The notes under the pieces were generated by a model. The model was not told the origin of the DNA and searched no databases. It saw nothing but the letters and a program-made list of their open reading frames with translations. Source: Clostridia bacterium (lineage in GTDB: Bacteria > Bacillota > Clostridia > Oscillospirales > CAG-272). From it: a stretch of DNA of 64,000 nucleotides. Position 1 is the first letter of the stretch; each line of letters starts with the position of its first letter. The position numbers and the translations under genes are program-made. The stretch spans positions 11,545-75,544 of the forward strand of contig JAFTBN010000075.1 of NCBI GenBank assembly GCA_017455185.1. The letters run 5' to 3'. Below are positions 1 through 8,660 of this stretch, in pieces.

Positions 1-2
1 TG

Positions 3-581
3 AAAGACGAATTCGCCCATCTTCTTCTCGACCAATTCAATTCCGCACTCCTTGTTGCAGGGATTACGGTCACGAACACAGGTGAGACAGACCTGTATCT
101 GCCTTCCGGCACAATCGATGTCGAGGATGAAAACGGCAAGCTGTTCGGAACGGTGAGCAGTGTTACCGCCTATCCGCAAATCATAAAGCCCGGGGAAAGC
201 GGCTATTATTACGGATACACGCTGTACGACGGCCCCCTGGAGGAAAATCTCCGGCCTGTGCCCCACGTTCAGCCGGAAAAAGCCCGCAAGTCCGGAATCA
301 GTTTGCCCGTGATTGAACCGGAAATCAAAGTTAGCTTCGGACGGTATCACTTTACGGGCCGTGTCCGCAACGATTCAGGTCAGGACCAGAGCATGGTTTA
401 TGTAGTGGTCAATCTGTTTGACTCGAAGGACCGTTTCATCGGACGGGACCGCACAATCCTGCACAATACGCTGGCGGCGGGAGACACGGTCGGGTTCGAT
501 CTTGCCCTGTATCCCCCGGCGTCCCTTCATCCGTTCTGGAAGTATGAGATCATCGCATTCCCATACACCTTCCAGTTCTGA
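3..581 (+). CDS. Host-flank protein, 5'-truncated by the window edge; beta-rich repeat protein with an FxLYD-like motif
   Basis: The frame is open from base 3 to the TGA at 579-581 (the track shows it only from GTG 153). Two similar beta-rich segments are present (ITVTNTGETDLYL... and FTGRVRNDSG...VVNLFDSKDRFIG). The family call is pattern-level only. Confidence 0.45.
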   Translation, partial: KDEFAHLLLDQFNSALLVAGITVTNTGETDLYLPSGTIDVEDENGKLFGTVSSVTAYPQIIKPGESGYYYGYTLYDGPLEENLRPVPHVQPEKARKSGISLPVIEPEIKVSFGRYHFTGRVRNDSGQDQSMVYVVVNLFDSKDRFIGRDRTILHNTLAAGDTVGFDLALYPPASLHPFWKYEIIAFPYTFQF

Positions 582-671
582 ATTTAGGAGTGGTAATATA
601 TTACTCATTTCGGTTCACATTTTACCATTTTTGTAAAATGTTTATATTTTTTTGTACAATTTGTTAAAAAG

Positions 672-693
672 TCTGTACCCACTTTGTACCCAC
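672..693 (+). repeat. attL core candidate (TCTGTACCCACTTTGTACCCAC)
   Basis: Matches 46698-46719 at 21 of 22 positions. It lies 100 bp outside the integrase stop codon and contains an internal TGTACCCAC x2 direct repeat. Confidence 0.65.
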
Positions 694-794
694 TTAACGC
701 AAGGGAGCCGTGTTCCCTCGGCCCTCTCAAGTACACATCCGCGAATATGTACCCCCATTGGTTTTATTATACCATAAGGACAAAAAAATTCAAG

Positions 795-1835
795 TCAAAA
801 TGAAATCTTTGAGACAAGGCGCGTAATCATCTCATCGTCCTGCGGTAAGAGATGACTGTAAACGTTAAGCGTCATAGCCACATTGGCATGTCCCAGCCGC
901 TTTGATACTGCCGGAATTGGGACCCCGTTGGAAATCAGCCAGGAAGCGTGACTGTGACGCAGGCCGTGTATCGTGATCTTGGGCAAATCCAATTTTGCCG
1001 TGACCTGCCGCCATGCTCCTTGCAAAGTGTAATACGCCAACGGATAATCCTTTCCCGGTCCCGGAAAAACAAACCGGGATCCGGGCACACGGGCCGCGTG
1101 AATCTCTGCAATGATCCGAGGATCTACCGAAATCGTCCTGTTGGATGACATAGTCTTCGGAGGGCCTATCACAAATGCTCCAGGCGCGCGTGACATCGTC
1201 TTATTGATACGGATGCTGTTGCCCCGTATATCATTCCACGTGAGCGCCAACGCCTCGCCCACGCGCATGCCGGTTGCGTAGAGCAAATCAAAAACAGCCT
1301 TGTATTTAACCGGCACAGCTGCCGAAAAAACCGCGTACTGCTCCGGCGTCCATACCACCAAGTCCTCTTTGATTTGCTGCGACCGAAGCACCTTGTAATC
1401 CAGAACGGCGTCCACGTGTAGCCCGTACGCCTTGCGGCCATACCTGCACATGGTTTTTAGTTTGGCGATGATCTGGGCCCGCGTGGCGTCTGTGTACCGT
1501 TTCATAAGCTTGCGATCCAGCTCTCGGAGGACGTCCTCGGAGATGTCCTCCACCACGTAATCACCCAGCTTTTCAAGCAGCATGTCAATGAGCTGTCGAG
1601 CCGACACCTGCGTGCTGCGTTTGACGGTTCCTTCCCTGTATGCAAAAAACTTATCTGTCAGCTCTGATACCTTCATCCGGGCCGGCCGTTCCGGCTCTGT
1701 TTCTTTACGGTTGATATATTCAATGTATGCGGCCTCTGCCGCTTTTTTTGTTGCAAAGCCGGACAGGCGTTTGTTTTCCCCACCTGCCCGGAACCGGACG
1801 CACCACTTGGCGCCGCGTTTCTCGTATGAAGCCAT
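795..1835 (-). CDS. int: Tyrosine-type site-specific integrase
   Basis: 346 aa. The C-terminal catalytic region has HGLRHSHASWL and LGHANVAMTLNVYSHLL (R..HxxR..Y signature), with an N-terminal SAM-like arm domain. The ATG overlaps the stop of the upstream repressor gene (TAATG). Confidence 0.93.
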   Translation of the reverse strand: MASYEKRGAKWCVRFRAGGENKRLSGFATKKAAEAAYIEYINRKETEPERPARMKVSELTDKFFAYREGTVKRSTQVSARQLIDMLLEKLGDYVVEDISEDVLRELDRKLMKRYTDATRAQIIAKLKTMCRYGRKAYGLHVDAVLDYKVLRSQQIKEDLVVWTPEQYAVFSAAVPVKYKAVFDLLYATGMRVGEALALTWNDIRGNSIRINKTMSRAPGAFVIGPPKTMSSNRTISVDPRIIAEIHAARVPGSRFVFPGPGKDYPLAYYTLQGAWRQVTAKLDLPKITIHGLRHSHASWLISNGVPIPAVSKRLGHANVAMTLNVYSHLLPQDDEMITRLVSKISF

Positions 1836-2485
1836 TATTTGAATCTCCGGACTACCCCGACCAGCCTACCGAGGACCCGAACCTCGGCCATCTGCGCCCC
1901 CTGAAAGACCAGAGGCTTATACTTACCGTTGCACGGCGTCAGGATCATCTTGGACCCGTCGTAGGTATACCGCTTAAGCGTCGCCTCGTCTCCGATCCGG
2001 ACTGCCACCAGGCTGTTGTTATCCACAACCGGCTGCAAATGGATGTACGCGATGTCGCCATCATAGATTCCAGCCTCTATCATAGAGTCCCCGACGCACC
2101 GCAGAGCCATGTCGGCCTGCACGCCCGGCAGTTCCGGGAGCATTTCCTCGATGTTCTCCTCTGCCAGGATGGGAGATCCGCACGCGATCGCACCAACCAA
2201 CGGCACCGTGTACGCCGGATGATCTGATATGGGCAGCGCGTTCCGTGGCTCGTCGTCGGGCTGCTTATCGATTGTCATCAGCTCAACAGGAGATACCCCA
2301 AGAGCTGCGGCAAGGAGCTTGGCTTGCTTTACCCTGACGTCTCGCAGGCCACTCTCAATTTTACTCATGGTTGACCGCGCGGATGCAGACGTATAACCTA
2401 TCATGTTGGCAAGCTGTTCCTGACTTAATCCTCTTTCTTCTCTTAATCTTCTTATTTTACGTCCTATTAATTCTTTATCCGTCAT
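1835..2485 (-). CDS. CI/LexA-like repressor: XRE-type HTH plus S24 peptidase domain
   Basis: N-terminal HTH (IRRLREERGLSQEQLANMIGYTSAS..ESG). C-terminal S24 motifs (PLVGAIACGSP, VGDSMIEAGIYDGDIAYI, ATLKRY). ATG at 2485 has AGGAGG 8 nt upstream; the track start at GTG 2494 overlaps that SD. Confidence 0.9.
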   Translation of the reverse strand: MTDKELIGRKIRRLREERGLSQEQLANMIGYTSASARSTMSKIESGLRDVRVKQAKLLAAALGVSPVELMTIDKQPDDEPRNALPISDHPAYTVPLVGAIACGSPILAEENIEEMLPELPGVQADMALRCVGDSMIEAGIYDGDIAYIHLQPVVDNNSLVAVRIGDEATLKRYTYDGSKMILTPCNGKYKPLVFQGAQMAEVRVLGRLVGVVRRFK

Positions 2486-2509
2486 GATCAACACCTCCTT
2501 GACATGCTC

Positions 2510-2538
2510 ATTGTACCACGGTTTTGACTGCTTGGCAA
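2510..2538 (-). promoter_or_regulatory. Leftward (repressor/integrase) sigma-70-type promoter
   Basis: Minus strand reads TTGCCA, a 17-nt spacer ending in TGG, then TACAAT (extended -10), about 20 nt upstream of the repressor SD. Confidence 0.6.
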
Positions 2539-2577
2539 CAATTTTTTGATTTTTTTAAAAAAATTTTTGAAAATGTG

Positions 2578-2606
2578 TTGACAAGACGAAAACATGGTGG
2601 TACAAT
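2578..2606 (+). promoter_or_regulatory. Rightward early promoter (PR analogue)
   Basis: TTGACA (2578-2583), a 17-nt spacer ending in TGG, then TACAAT (2601-2606). This gives a consensus -35 plus an extended -10, pointing into the plus-strand early operon. Confidence 0.7.
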
Positions 2607-2653
2607 GTGGACAGTGGGGCAACAAGGCGCCTCACGGAAAGGAACTGCAAACC

Positions 2654-2968
2654 ATGACGATGAGCGATTTGTGCCGGATGTCCGCCGGCGAATTAGACGA
2701 GCTGCGCAACTACATGGCAGCTCGCGAGAATCTTAACGTGTGCCAGCGAATCGACGAGGTTGAACGATTTTACGGCAAAACGATCAAGGTGGTCAAGGGG
2801 CGCAAGGTCCCGCTCGGGACTATTGGCGAGTGCTTCTGGATGGGGTCGTTTGACAATAGCAAATACGGAGACCCATGGGGCATATACACCACAGTCCGCG
2901 TCGGGTTAAAGACCACCGAAGGTCAAGTATACTGGACGGCGCTCAACAACGTTGAGGTCGTTGATTAA
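2654..2968 (+). CDS. Hypothetical early protein (first gene after the early promoter)
   Basis: ORF 2594-2968. The ATG at 2594 lies inside the promoter -10 region, so the in-frame ATG at 2654 (MTMSDLCRM...) is preferred. No recognisable family. Confidence 0.6.
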   Translation: MTMSDLCRMSAGELDELRNYMAARENLNVCQRIDEVERFYGKTIKVVKGRKVPLGTIGECFWMGSFDNSKYGDPWGIYTTVRVGLKTTEGQVYWTALNNVEVVD

Positions 2969-2984
2969 TAAGGAGGATAGAGAA

Positions 2985-3239
2985 ATGAAAAAAGCCATTG
3001 CTTACTACGTGATCGGCGGACAGTACGAGCACATCTGCTACGGCGGAACCCCTACCCTGATCGGAGCGAAACGGCTCGCGACGAAGAACAAGGAGTATTG
3101 GGATAACTGGCAAGGCTGGCATAAGCCCCGGATCTATAAGGCCGAGGATACCGTGGAAATTACAAGCCGTGGCGCCATCACAGTTCCGGACGGCTGGAAG
3201 ATCCGGGTGCCGAAAGCCGGAGCGGAGCCCATCCAATAA
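2985..3239 (+). CDS. Hypothetical protein
   Basis: ATG at 2985 follows AAGGAGG (2970-2976). 84 aa (MKKAIAYYVIGGQYEH...). Confidence 0.65.
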   Translation: MKKAIAYYVIGGQYEHICYGGTPTLIGAKRLATKNKEYWDNWQGWHKPRIYKAEDTVEITSRGAITVPDGWKIRVPKAGAEPIQ

Positions 3240-3260
3240 AGGAGGAGAGGAGGTGTAAAA

Positions 3261-3518
3261 ATGACCATTGAAAAGGCTAAACTGGACGAGGCGATCCGCC
3301 TCAATAAAAAATATTACAGGACCGGGGACAAGGACTTACTTCCCGTCCTCCGGGCAGCCGAAGACGCCGCATTTGGCGATCAAAAACGCGGGATCTACTC
3401 GCTTTTGTCCGCAATCACCCTCACGCGTCGCGACTACAACACGCCCAATTGCACCTACTACGAGGTGCTTCAGGTCCTCGGATTTGAAATTGTCGACGGA
3501 GAGGAGGTGAGCACATGA
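3261..3518 (+). CDS. Hypothetical protein
   Basis: 85-aa ORF preceded by AGGAGGAGAGGAGG. Its stop overlaps the next start (ATGA). Confidence 0.65.
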   Translation: MTIEKAKLDEAIRLNKKYYRTGDKDLLPVLRAAEDAAFGDQKRGIYSLLSAITLTRRDYNTPNCTYYEVLQVLGFEIVDGEEVST

Positions 3519-3715
3519 ACGGAAACATGCTACGCGGCCTGATCATAGCCGCAGGTTACACCCTGCAGGAATTCGCGCAAGCGATGGGAATCAACAACAC
3601 ATCCCTGTCGCATAAAATCAACAGCAAGCGCGATTTTACGCTGAAGGAGGTCCAGAAGATCTCCCGAATCCTGCGCCTGACCGATGACCAGATCTACACT
3701 ATTTTTTTTGCTTGA
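3515..3715 (+). CDS. Small XRE/Cro-like HTH DNA-binding protein
   Basis: 66 aa; GYTLQEFAQAMGINNTSLSHKINSKRDFTLKEVQKI is a typical XRE helix-turn-helix. Confidence 0.75.
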   Translation: MNGNMLRGLIIAAGYTLQEFAQAMGINNTSLSHKINSKRDFTLKEVQKISRILRLTDDQIYTIFFA

Positions 3716-3747
3716 AGTGTTGACGAAACGTAAACAGGAGGAAACAC

Positions 3748-3915
3748 ATGGAAACCATTATTACCGACTTAAAGTCCCGGCTTAACGCCATTGACACAAC
3801 CCTCGAGTACGAGTACCTCAACGACCGCGACGACACACGCGAGTATGGCCGGCTGCTCAAGGAGCGGTCCATCCTGCTCAATACCCTGCGCAAGCTCGAG
3901 AGGCTGTACCGATGA
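3748..3915 (+). CDS. Small coiled-coil hypothetical protein (55 aa, below the ORF-track cutoff)
   Basis: ATG at 3748 follows AGGAGGAAACAC. Translates as METIITDLKSRLNAIDTTLEYEYLNDRDDTREYGRLLKERSILLNTLRKLERLYR. Its stop overlaps the next ATG (ATGA). Confidence 0.5.
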   Translation: METIITDLKSRLNAIDTTLEYEYLNDRDDTREYGRLLKERSILLNTLRKLERLYR

Positions 3916-4181
3916 TTGACGAGGACAAGCTCCTGATCCCGTTGGACCCGGATGAGGAGATACGGATCCCCAGGCACTACCGCCGCCTGCGAGGACTCAT
4001 TCACGCACGGTCCGAGACGCTCGCATCCGTTGCGGACTATCTGATGATCAGCCGCAGCGCCATGAACAAGAAGATGAATGGCCACAAGGACTTCACGATA
4101 AGCGAGGTCAAACGGATGGCCGAATTTTTGGAGGTTAAGCCCTCCAAGATCTGCACCTACATATGTGAGGACGATTACTAA
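3912..4181 (+). CDS. HTH-like DNA-binding protein
   Basis: 89 aa; LASVADYLMISRSAMNKKMNGHKDFTISEVKRMAEFL parallels the HTH of the 3515 gene. Confidence 0.6.
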   Translation: MIDEDKLLIPLDPDEEIRIPRHYRRLRGLIHARSETLASVADYLMISRSAMNKKMNGHKDFTISEVKRMAEFLEVKPSKICTYICEDDY

Positions 4182-4279
4182 AATGGACTATTTAGACTTG
4201 ATTTCCGTCCGTGAAGAACCGGACGTTACTGAACCACAAACCCACCACAAAAAGAACAATGAAGAAGAAGGAGAAACCC

Positions 4280-4762
4280 ATGAAACTGTACGAAATTAAC
4301 GATGCCCTTGAGGCCGCATTGAACCAGGTCATTGTAGACAATGAAACCGGCGAGATCATCTCTGCGCCGGACATGGAAAAAATCGCAGAGCTGCAGATGC
4401 AGAAAGAAGAAAAGATCGAAAACGTGGTGCTCTACGTGAAAAACGCAGAGTCTGACGCCGCCCAAATTGCGGAGGAAATCAAGAGACTGCAGGACCGCAA
4501 GCGGATCCTGGAAAACCGAATCGAATCGGCTCGCGGATGGGTCCAGCAGGCCCTGGAAGGTGAGAAATTCCAGACGCCAAAATGCCAGGTCACCTACCGG
4601 ACCACAAAGTCCGTCGCCATTGACGACATGTCCGCCATCCCGGCCGAGTACCTGCGCGTCAAGACAGACGCAGACAAGGCCCTGATCCGCAAGGCCATCG
4701 CCGCCGGCGAGACCGTCTCCGGCGCCCACATCGAAACTGCAACATCAATGTCCATTAAGTAA
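4280..4762 (+). CDS. Siphovirus Gp157-family protein
   Basis: MKLYEINDALEAAL...KRLQDRKRILENRIE...IPAEYLRVK..DKALIRKAIAAGETVSGAHI matches the Gp157 architecture. Its position next to the annealase and SSB fits. ATG at 4280 follows GAAGGAG. Confidence 0.75.
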   Translation: MKLYEINDALEAALNQVIVDNETGEIISAPDMEKIAELQMQKEEKIENVVLYVKNAESDAAQIAEEIKRLQDRKRILENRIESARGWVQQALEGEKFQTPKCQVTYRTTKSVAIDDMSAIPAEYLRVKTDADKALIRKAIAAGETVSGAHIETATSMSIK

Positions 4763-4774
4763 GGAGTAACTACC

Positions 4775-5488
4775 ATGAACGACAACCTGAAGTTTTACGA
4801 GATGGGACGCAAAGTCCCCCAGGAAGCACAGAGACCCATCAGCGCCGGAAGGCTCAAGGGCATGACCGATATCAATCCCATGTGGAGAATCAAGATGCTG
4901 ACCGAAATGTTCGGGCCCTGCGGAATCGGATGGTATACCGAGATCGTCGATATCTGGAGAACCGAATCCACAGCCGGCACCGAGACCGGATGCGAGATGA
5001 TCGTAGAGTGCAAGATCAACCTGTACATCAAGGTAGACGGCGAATGGTCCAAGCCGATCGTAGGCATCGGAGGAGCCACAACGGTCGCAAACGAGCGGAA
5101 CGGTTACTACACGGACGACGAATCCAGCAAGAAGGCCTACACGGACGCCATCTCGGTCGCCTGCAAGGCGCTTGGCATTGGCGCCGACATCTACTACGCA
5201 AAAGACACCACCAAGTACACCCCACGCGAAACGGCCTCAAAAACCGCGCAGGACGCACGGAAAGACTCCGGGGCACCTGTTACCCCACCCACACCCGTTA
5301 ACGCGCAGGCGAACCCCTGGCTTGCTCAAATGGAGCAGATGATTGCAGGCTCCACGCTGACCATGCAGATGCTCGACGGAATCGCCAGACGCGACTACAA
5401 CACCACCCTTGACCAGCTTAACGAGCTGCAGCAAATGGAACTCGAAATGAAAACCAAAGGATACCTCGAAAGGAGCAAAGCACAATGA
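4775..5488 (+). CDS. Putative single-strand annealing protein (Rad52/Sak-like)
   Basis: 237 aa. The N-terminal core (GMTDINPMWRIKMLTEMFGPCGIGW...GGATTVANERNGYY..AYTDAISVACKALGIGADIY) resembles Rad52/Sak-type SSAPs. It sits between Gp157 and SSB. Confidence 0.55.
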   Translation: MNDNLKFYEMGRKVPQEAQRPISAGRLKGMTDINPMWRIKMLTEMFGPCGIGWYTEIVDIWRTESTAGTETGCEMIVECKINLYIKVDGEWSKPIVGIGGATTVANERNGYYTDDESSKKAYTDAISVACKALGIGADIYYAKDTTKYTPRETASKTAQDARKDSGAPVTPPTPVNAQANPWLAQMEQMIAGSTLTMQMLDGIARRDYNTTLDQLNELQQMELEMKTKGYLERSKAQ

Positions 5489-5880
5489 ACATGATCATCC
5501 TGAAGGGTCGGCTCACGGCCGACCCGGAACTCAAGCAGACCACCTCCGGCGTAAGCGTCGTCGACTTCACTCTGGCCGTCCCTCGCCGGTTCGACAAGGA
5601 CAAGACCGACTTTCTCCGCTGCATCGCCTGGAGACAGACCGCCGACTTTATCGCCCAGCATTTCGTTAAGGGCTCTCAGATCCTGGTGACCGGCGCCATG
5701 CAAAACGAGCAGTGGACGGACAAAAACGGCAACAAGCGCGACAGCTGGATCGTAAACATCGACGCTGTCGAATTCACCGAACGCAAAGAGGACAAGCCTC
5801 AAACCACAACCTACACCCCGGTCAACAAGGCCAGCGATGATTTCGTCAACGTGACCGATGACGTTGATTTCCCGTTCTGA
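5485..5880 (+). CDS. ssb: Single-stranded DNA-binding protein
   Basis: OB-fold N-terminus (MNMIILKGRLTADPELKQT..GVSVVDFTLAV) and an acidic C-terminal tail ending in DDVDFPF. Confidence 0.92.
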   Translation: MNMIILKGRLTADPELKQTTSGVSVVDFTLAVPRRFDKDKTDFLRCIAWRQTADFIAQHFVKGSQILVTGAMQNEQWTDKNGNKRDSWIVNIDAVEFTERKEDKPQTTTYTPVNKASDDFVNVTDDVDFPF

Positions 5881-5895
5881 AAGGAGGACAAAAAA

Positions 5896-6288
5896 GTGAA
5901 TGTTGATTTTCTGACCGTCAGACAGCGGTTCTTAATCCAGTACCTGCAGCTCCACCCCGGCCTGCATAAGCAGCGCGAGATCCTGGAGGCTATGCGCCCC
6001 TACTACGTCACCGAGAAAGACGAGGATCTTTCCCATGAAGGAACGGCCCGGCGCCGGCTGACCGCCGACATTGCCGCCATCCGGAACAACGGCGTGGCCG
6101 CCGTCATCTCAACCTCTCGCGGAATCATGCTGACCACCGCGGAAGGATTCGCCCACTACCACCACGGCAGAATCACCCAGATGAAACGAGCCATTGCCCG
6201 TGAGTACCAGGCCATAAAGGAATTCGGCCTGATCGACCAGATCGACATGGACGGCCGGATCCGTGCGTTTATCTCGGAGGATGAATGA
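5896..6288 (+). CDS. Hypothetical protein (possible winged-helix)
   Basis: GTG start follows AAGGAGGA. 130 aa with no clear family. Confidence 0.55.
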   Translation: MNVDFLTVRQRFLIQYLQLHPGLHKQREILEAMRPYYVTEKDEDLSHEGTARRRLTADIAAIRNNGVAAVISTSRGIMLTTAEGFAHYHHGRITQMKRAIAREYQAIKEFGLIDQIDMDGRIRAFISEDE

Positions 6289-7109
6289 TGGGAGATGTGC
6301 AGTGGATCCGAATAGCCACCGGCATCTTCGACAACCGCAAGATCAGGCAGATTGAGTACATGCCCGAAGGCGATGCAATCATCGTCATCTGGCTCAAGCT
6401 CCTGATCCTTGCGGCCGAAACCAACGACGACGGTCTGATCTACCTGACGCGCCAGATCCCGTACACGGAAAACCTGCTGGCCAACCGCTTCGGAAAGCCG
6501 GCAGCTCTGGTCCATCTTGCTATGTCCACCTTCGTCAGTTTCGAGATGATCGAGATCGAGAACGATATCATCCGGATCCTGAACTGGGAGAAGTACCAGA
6601 ACATCGACGGCCTTGACCGGGTCCGGGAGCAAACGCGCATCCGGACACGAGCCTGGAGGGAACGAAAAGCACTGTGTGACGTCACCGTAGCGTCACCTGT
6701 GACGGAGTGTGACAGCGATGTGACGGAACAGAATAAGAATAAGAATAAGAATATATCTTCTCTTTCCCCCGACGAGGAGCCGAAAAAGCCCCCTCTGGAG
6801 CCTCAATTGAGGAAGCGGTTCGATGCCTTCTGGGAGGCTTACCCGAAAAAAGTAAGCAAGCCGGATGCCGAACGCGCCTGGAAGAAGCTCAAGCCTGACG
6901 GAGATCTGACAGACGAGATCCTCAAGGGATTGGAAAGAGCAAAGCACCTGGACAGGCGCTTCCGGGAAAGTCAGTACATCCCCTACCCTGCCACATGGCT
7001 GAACAGCCGGGGCTGGGAGGACGAATTCACGGAGGACGTCCCGACCAGGAAAGAATCAAGTTTTGAGGAGGACGAGTTTTTCAATGCGGCCTGTAAGCGT
7101 ACAAAATGA
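6285..7109 (+). CDS. Phage replisome organizer (N-terminal domain family) / DnaD-like
   Basis: WIRIATGIFDNRKIRQIEYMPEGDAIIVIWLKLLILAAETNDDGLIYL matches the replisome-organizer N-domain. The C-terminus carries FDAFWEAYPKKVSKPDAERAWKKL. Confidence 0.8.
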   Translation: MMGDVQWIRIATGIFDNRKIRQIEYMPEGDAIIVIWLKLLILAAETNDDGLIYLTRQIPYTENLLANRFGKPAALVHLAMSTFVSFEMIEIENDIIRILNWEKYQNIDGLDRVREQTRIRTRAWRERKALCDVTVASPVTECDSDVTEQNKNKNKNISSLSPDEEPKKPPLEPQLRKRFDAFWEAYPKKVSKPDAERAWKKLKPDGDLTDEILKGLERAKHLDRRFRESQYIPYPATWLNSRGWEDEFTEDVPTRKESSFEEDEFFNAACKRTK

Positions 7110-7449
7110 GGAAGGTGAGCAGATCGCCGTCTGCGACTGGCTGCGCTGGCACCAGTTGGTGTTCCTGCACGTACCAAACGAGGCGAAGAGATCCCAAGCT
7201 GCAGGCCATCGGGAAAAGCTGATGGGCCTGCAGAAGGGCTTCCCGGACTTGCTGGTGCTGGAGCCGCGCGGACGGTATCACGGGCTCGCGATCGAGATGA
7301 AAGCCATAGGCGGCAGGGTCCGCCCGGAACAAAAAGAATGGATCGAGATGCTTAAGGCGAAAGGCTATGCAGCTTCGGTAGCCTACGGAGCCGACCATGC
7401 GATAGCATTGATTCAGGAGTATCTCAAGGTAGGTGAACAGGATGAGTGA
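7084..7449 (+). CDS. VRR-NUC domain nuclease
   Basis: PD-(D/E)xK core: GFPDLLVLEPRGRYHGLAIEMKA..GRVRPEQKEWIEMLKAKGY. The start is uncertain (ATG 7063 or 7084). Confidence 0.8.
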   Translation: MRPVSVQNEEGEQIAVCDWLRWHQLVFLHVPNEAKRSQAAGHREKLMGLQKGFPDLLVLEPRGRYHGLAIEMKAIGGRVRPEQKEWIEMLKAKGYAASVAYGADHAIALIQEYLKVGEQDE

Positions 7450-7822
7450 ATTTGATAAGGACACAAATGTCCCTACCAACGATTGTATCAGCAGACAGGC
7501 ATTAAAGAATGCGCTTATCAATTGGCAGATGGAGTATTCGGAAAAGGACAAAGATGTCGAACGCTTCGATACGATTGGCAAGGTGATTGACCTTGTGGAA
7601 CAGATGCCAACTGCCGAACCGAAGACAGGGAGGTGGATTAAGAACGAGGATAGGTGTGGATGGCAGTGTTCGGAGTGTATGACGGACAACATTTTTGCGT
7701 ATGATTGGGATAGTGAAACGGGAGAATACAAATTTCAAGATTTCTACTGCCCGCATTGTGGAGTGAAGATGGAGAAAGATGAAGACATTCCAATGGAGTA
7801 TTTCGAGAACGGAGGAAAATAA
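7442..7822 (+). CDS. Hypothetical protein with a C-terminal zinc-ribbon
   Basis: CGWQCSEC...YCPHCG. ATG at 7442 follows AAGGTAGGTG and overlaps the VRR-NUC stop. Confidence 0.6.
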   Translation: MSEFDKDTNVPTNDCISRQALKNALINWQMEYSEKDKDVERFDTIGKVIDLVEQMPTAEPKTGRWIKNEDRCGWQCSECMTDNIFAYDWDSETGEYKFQDFYCPHCGVKMEKDEDIPMEYFENGGK

Positions 7823-8151
7823 TGAATGAGAAAAAATACGATTTGCCGAACGGTAAGACAGCGGTCTTTTGCTATGACGATAACGGAGTGGGTAGAGTTA
7901 CACTGGAAGCCATGGATGCGCTGATGGAAATGCTACGTTGTCAGTGGATTCCTGTGACAGAGAGATTGCCGGAGGAAGATGGCGGTTTGTATTTAGTGAC
8001 AGACTATGCGGAAAGCATTAATCGAAGAAGGATACATCTATCATGGTGTTACGTGAACAAAGACGGTTTCTGGAGTGATGTTCCGAAAGGCTATAAGGTT
8101 ATAGCATGGATGCCATTACCCGAACCGTATAAGGAGAAAACCGATGAGTGA
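7822..8151 (+). CDS. DUF551-like protein
   Basis: WIPVTERLPEEDGGLYLVTD...W...VIAWMPLPEPY is the typical DUF551 pattern. Confidence 0.65.
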   Translation: MNEKKYDLPNGKTAVFCYDDNGVGRVTLEAMDALMEMLRCQWIPVTERLPEEDGGLYLVTDYAESINRRRIHLSWCYVNKDGFWSDVPKGYKVIAWMPLPEPYKEKTDE

Positions 8152-8347
8152 CTTAAAACCTTGCCCATTTTGCGGCGGAGAAGCATGGATTGTGCATACA
8201 AACGATAACCAAAGAAGGCCATATGTACAATGCAAATTCGGATGCTTCAAAAATCCACCATGTCCAGTTACACATCTTGTCACATGGGTTTATAAAACGG
8301 AAGAAGAAGCAATTGAAGCATGGAATAGGAGGGCAGACAATGGATAA
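8144..8347 (+). CDS. Lar-family restriction alleviation protein
   Basis: 67 aa; LKPCPFCGGEA...C...EEAIEAWNRRA is the Lar-family signature. Confidence 0.8.
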   Translation: MSDLKPCPFCGGEAWIVHTNDNQRRPYVQCKFGCFKNPPCPVTHLVTWVYKTEEEAIEAWNRRADNG

Positions 8348-8660
8348 GTTGAAGCCTTGCCCAAAGTGCGGAGATGCGTGGATATATGCGGTAGTTGGAG
8401 ATTGGCCATCTGGATACGAATTACATGGGTATCGATTAAATTGCAAATGCGGATGGGCTTGGCAAACACTTGTTGAATGGTTCCCGAGCAAAGAACAAGC
8501 AAAAGAAGCCTGGAACAGGCGAGCGGACACACCACACAAATGCGGAGACTGTGAAGATTTCCACATTTGCGAGGACTATGTAGAGCCGAGCGAAACATTC
8601 CCCGAGGTTGGGGGATGCCCGGCATTTAAAACGAAGGAGGAAAGCAATGATAAACCCTGA
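8340..8660 (+). CDS. Second Lar-like zinc-ribbon protein with a Cys-rich C-terminal extension
   Basis: ATG at 8340 follows AGGAGGG. Carries MDKLKPCPKCGDA...KCGWAW...KEQAKEAWNRRAD followed by HKCGDCEDFHIC. Confidence 0.7.
   Translation: MDKLKPCPKCGDAWIYAVVGDWPSGYELHGYRLNCKCGWAWQTLVEWFPSKEQAKEAWNRRADTPHKCGDCEDFHICEDYVEPSETFPEVGGCPAFKTKEESNDKP

Noticed and set aside
582-794. tRNA or tmRNA gene as the integration target at attL/attR
   Set aside because: I could not fold a cloverleaf or find a conserved T-loop (GTTCRANYC) around either repeat copy, so the insertion appears intergenic.
2511-2519. Similarity between the switch element TTGTACCAC and the att core TGTACCCAC
   Set aside because: The two differ by one inserted C and are short. 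Chance resemblance is the simplest explanation, and I have no evidence that one protein reads both.
4183-4299. 38-codon ORF between the HTH gene and the Gp157 gene
   Set aside because: It has no SD, overlaps the Gp157 start region, and its composition is low-complexity and acidic.
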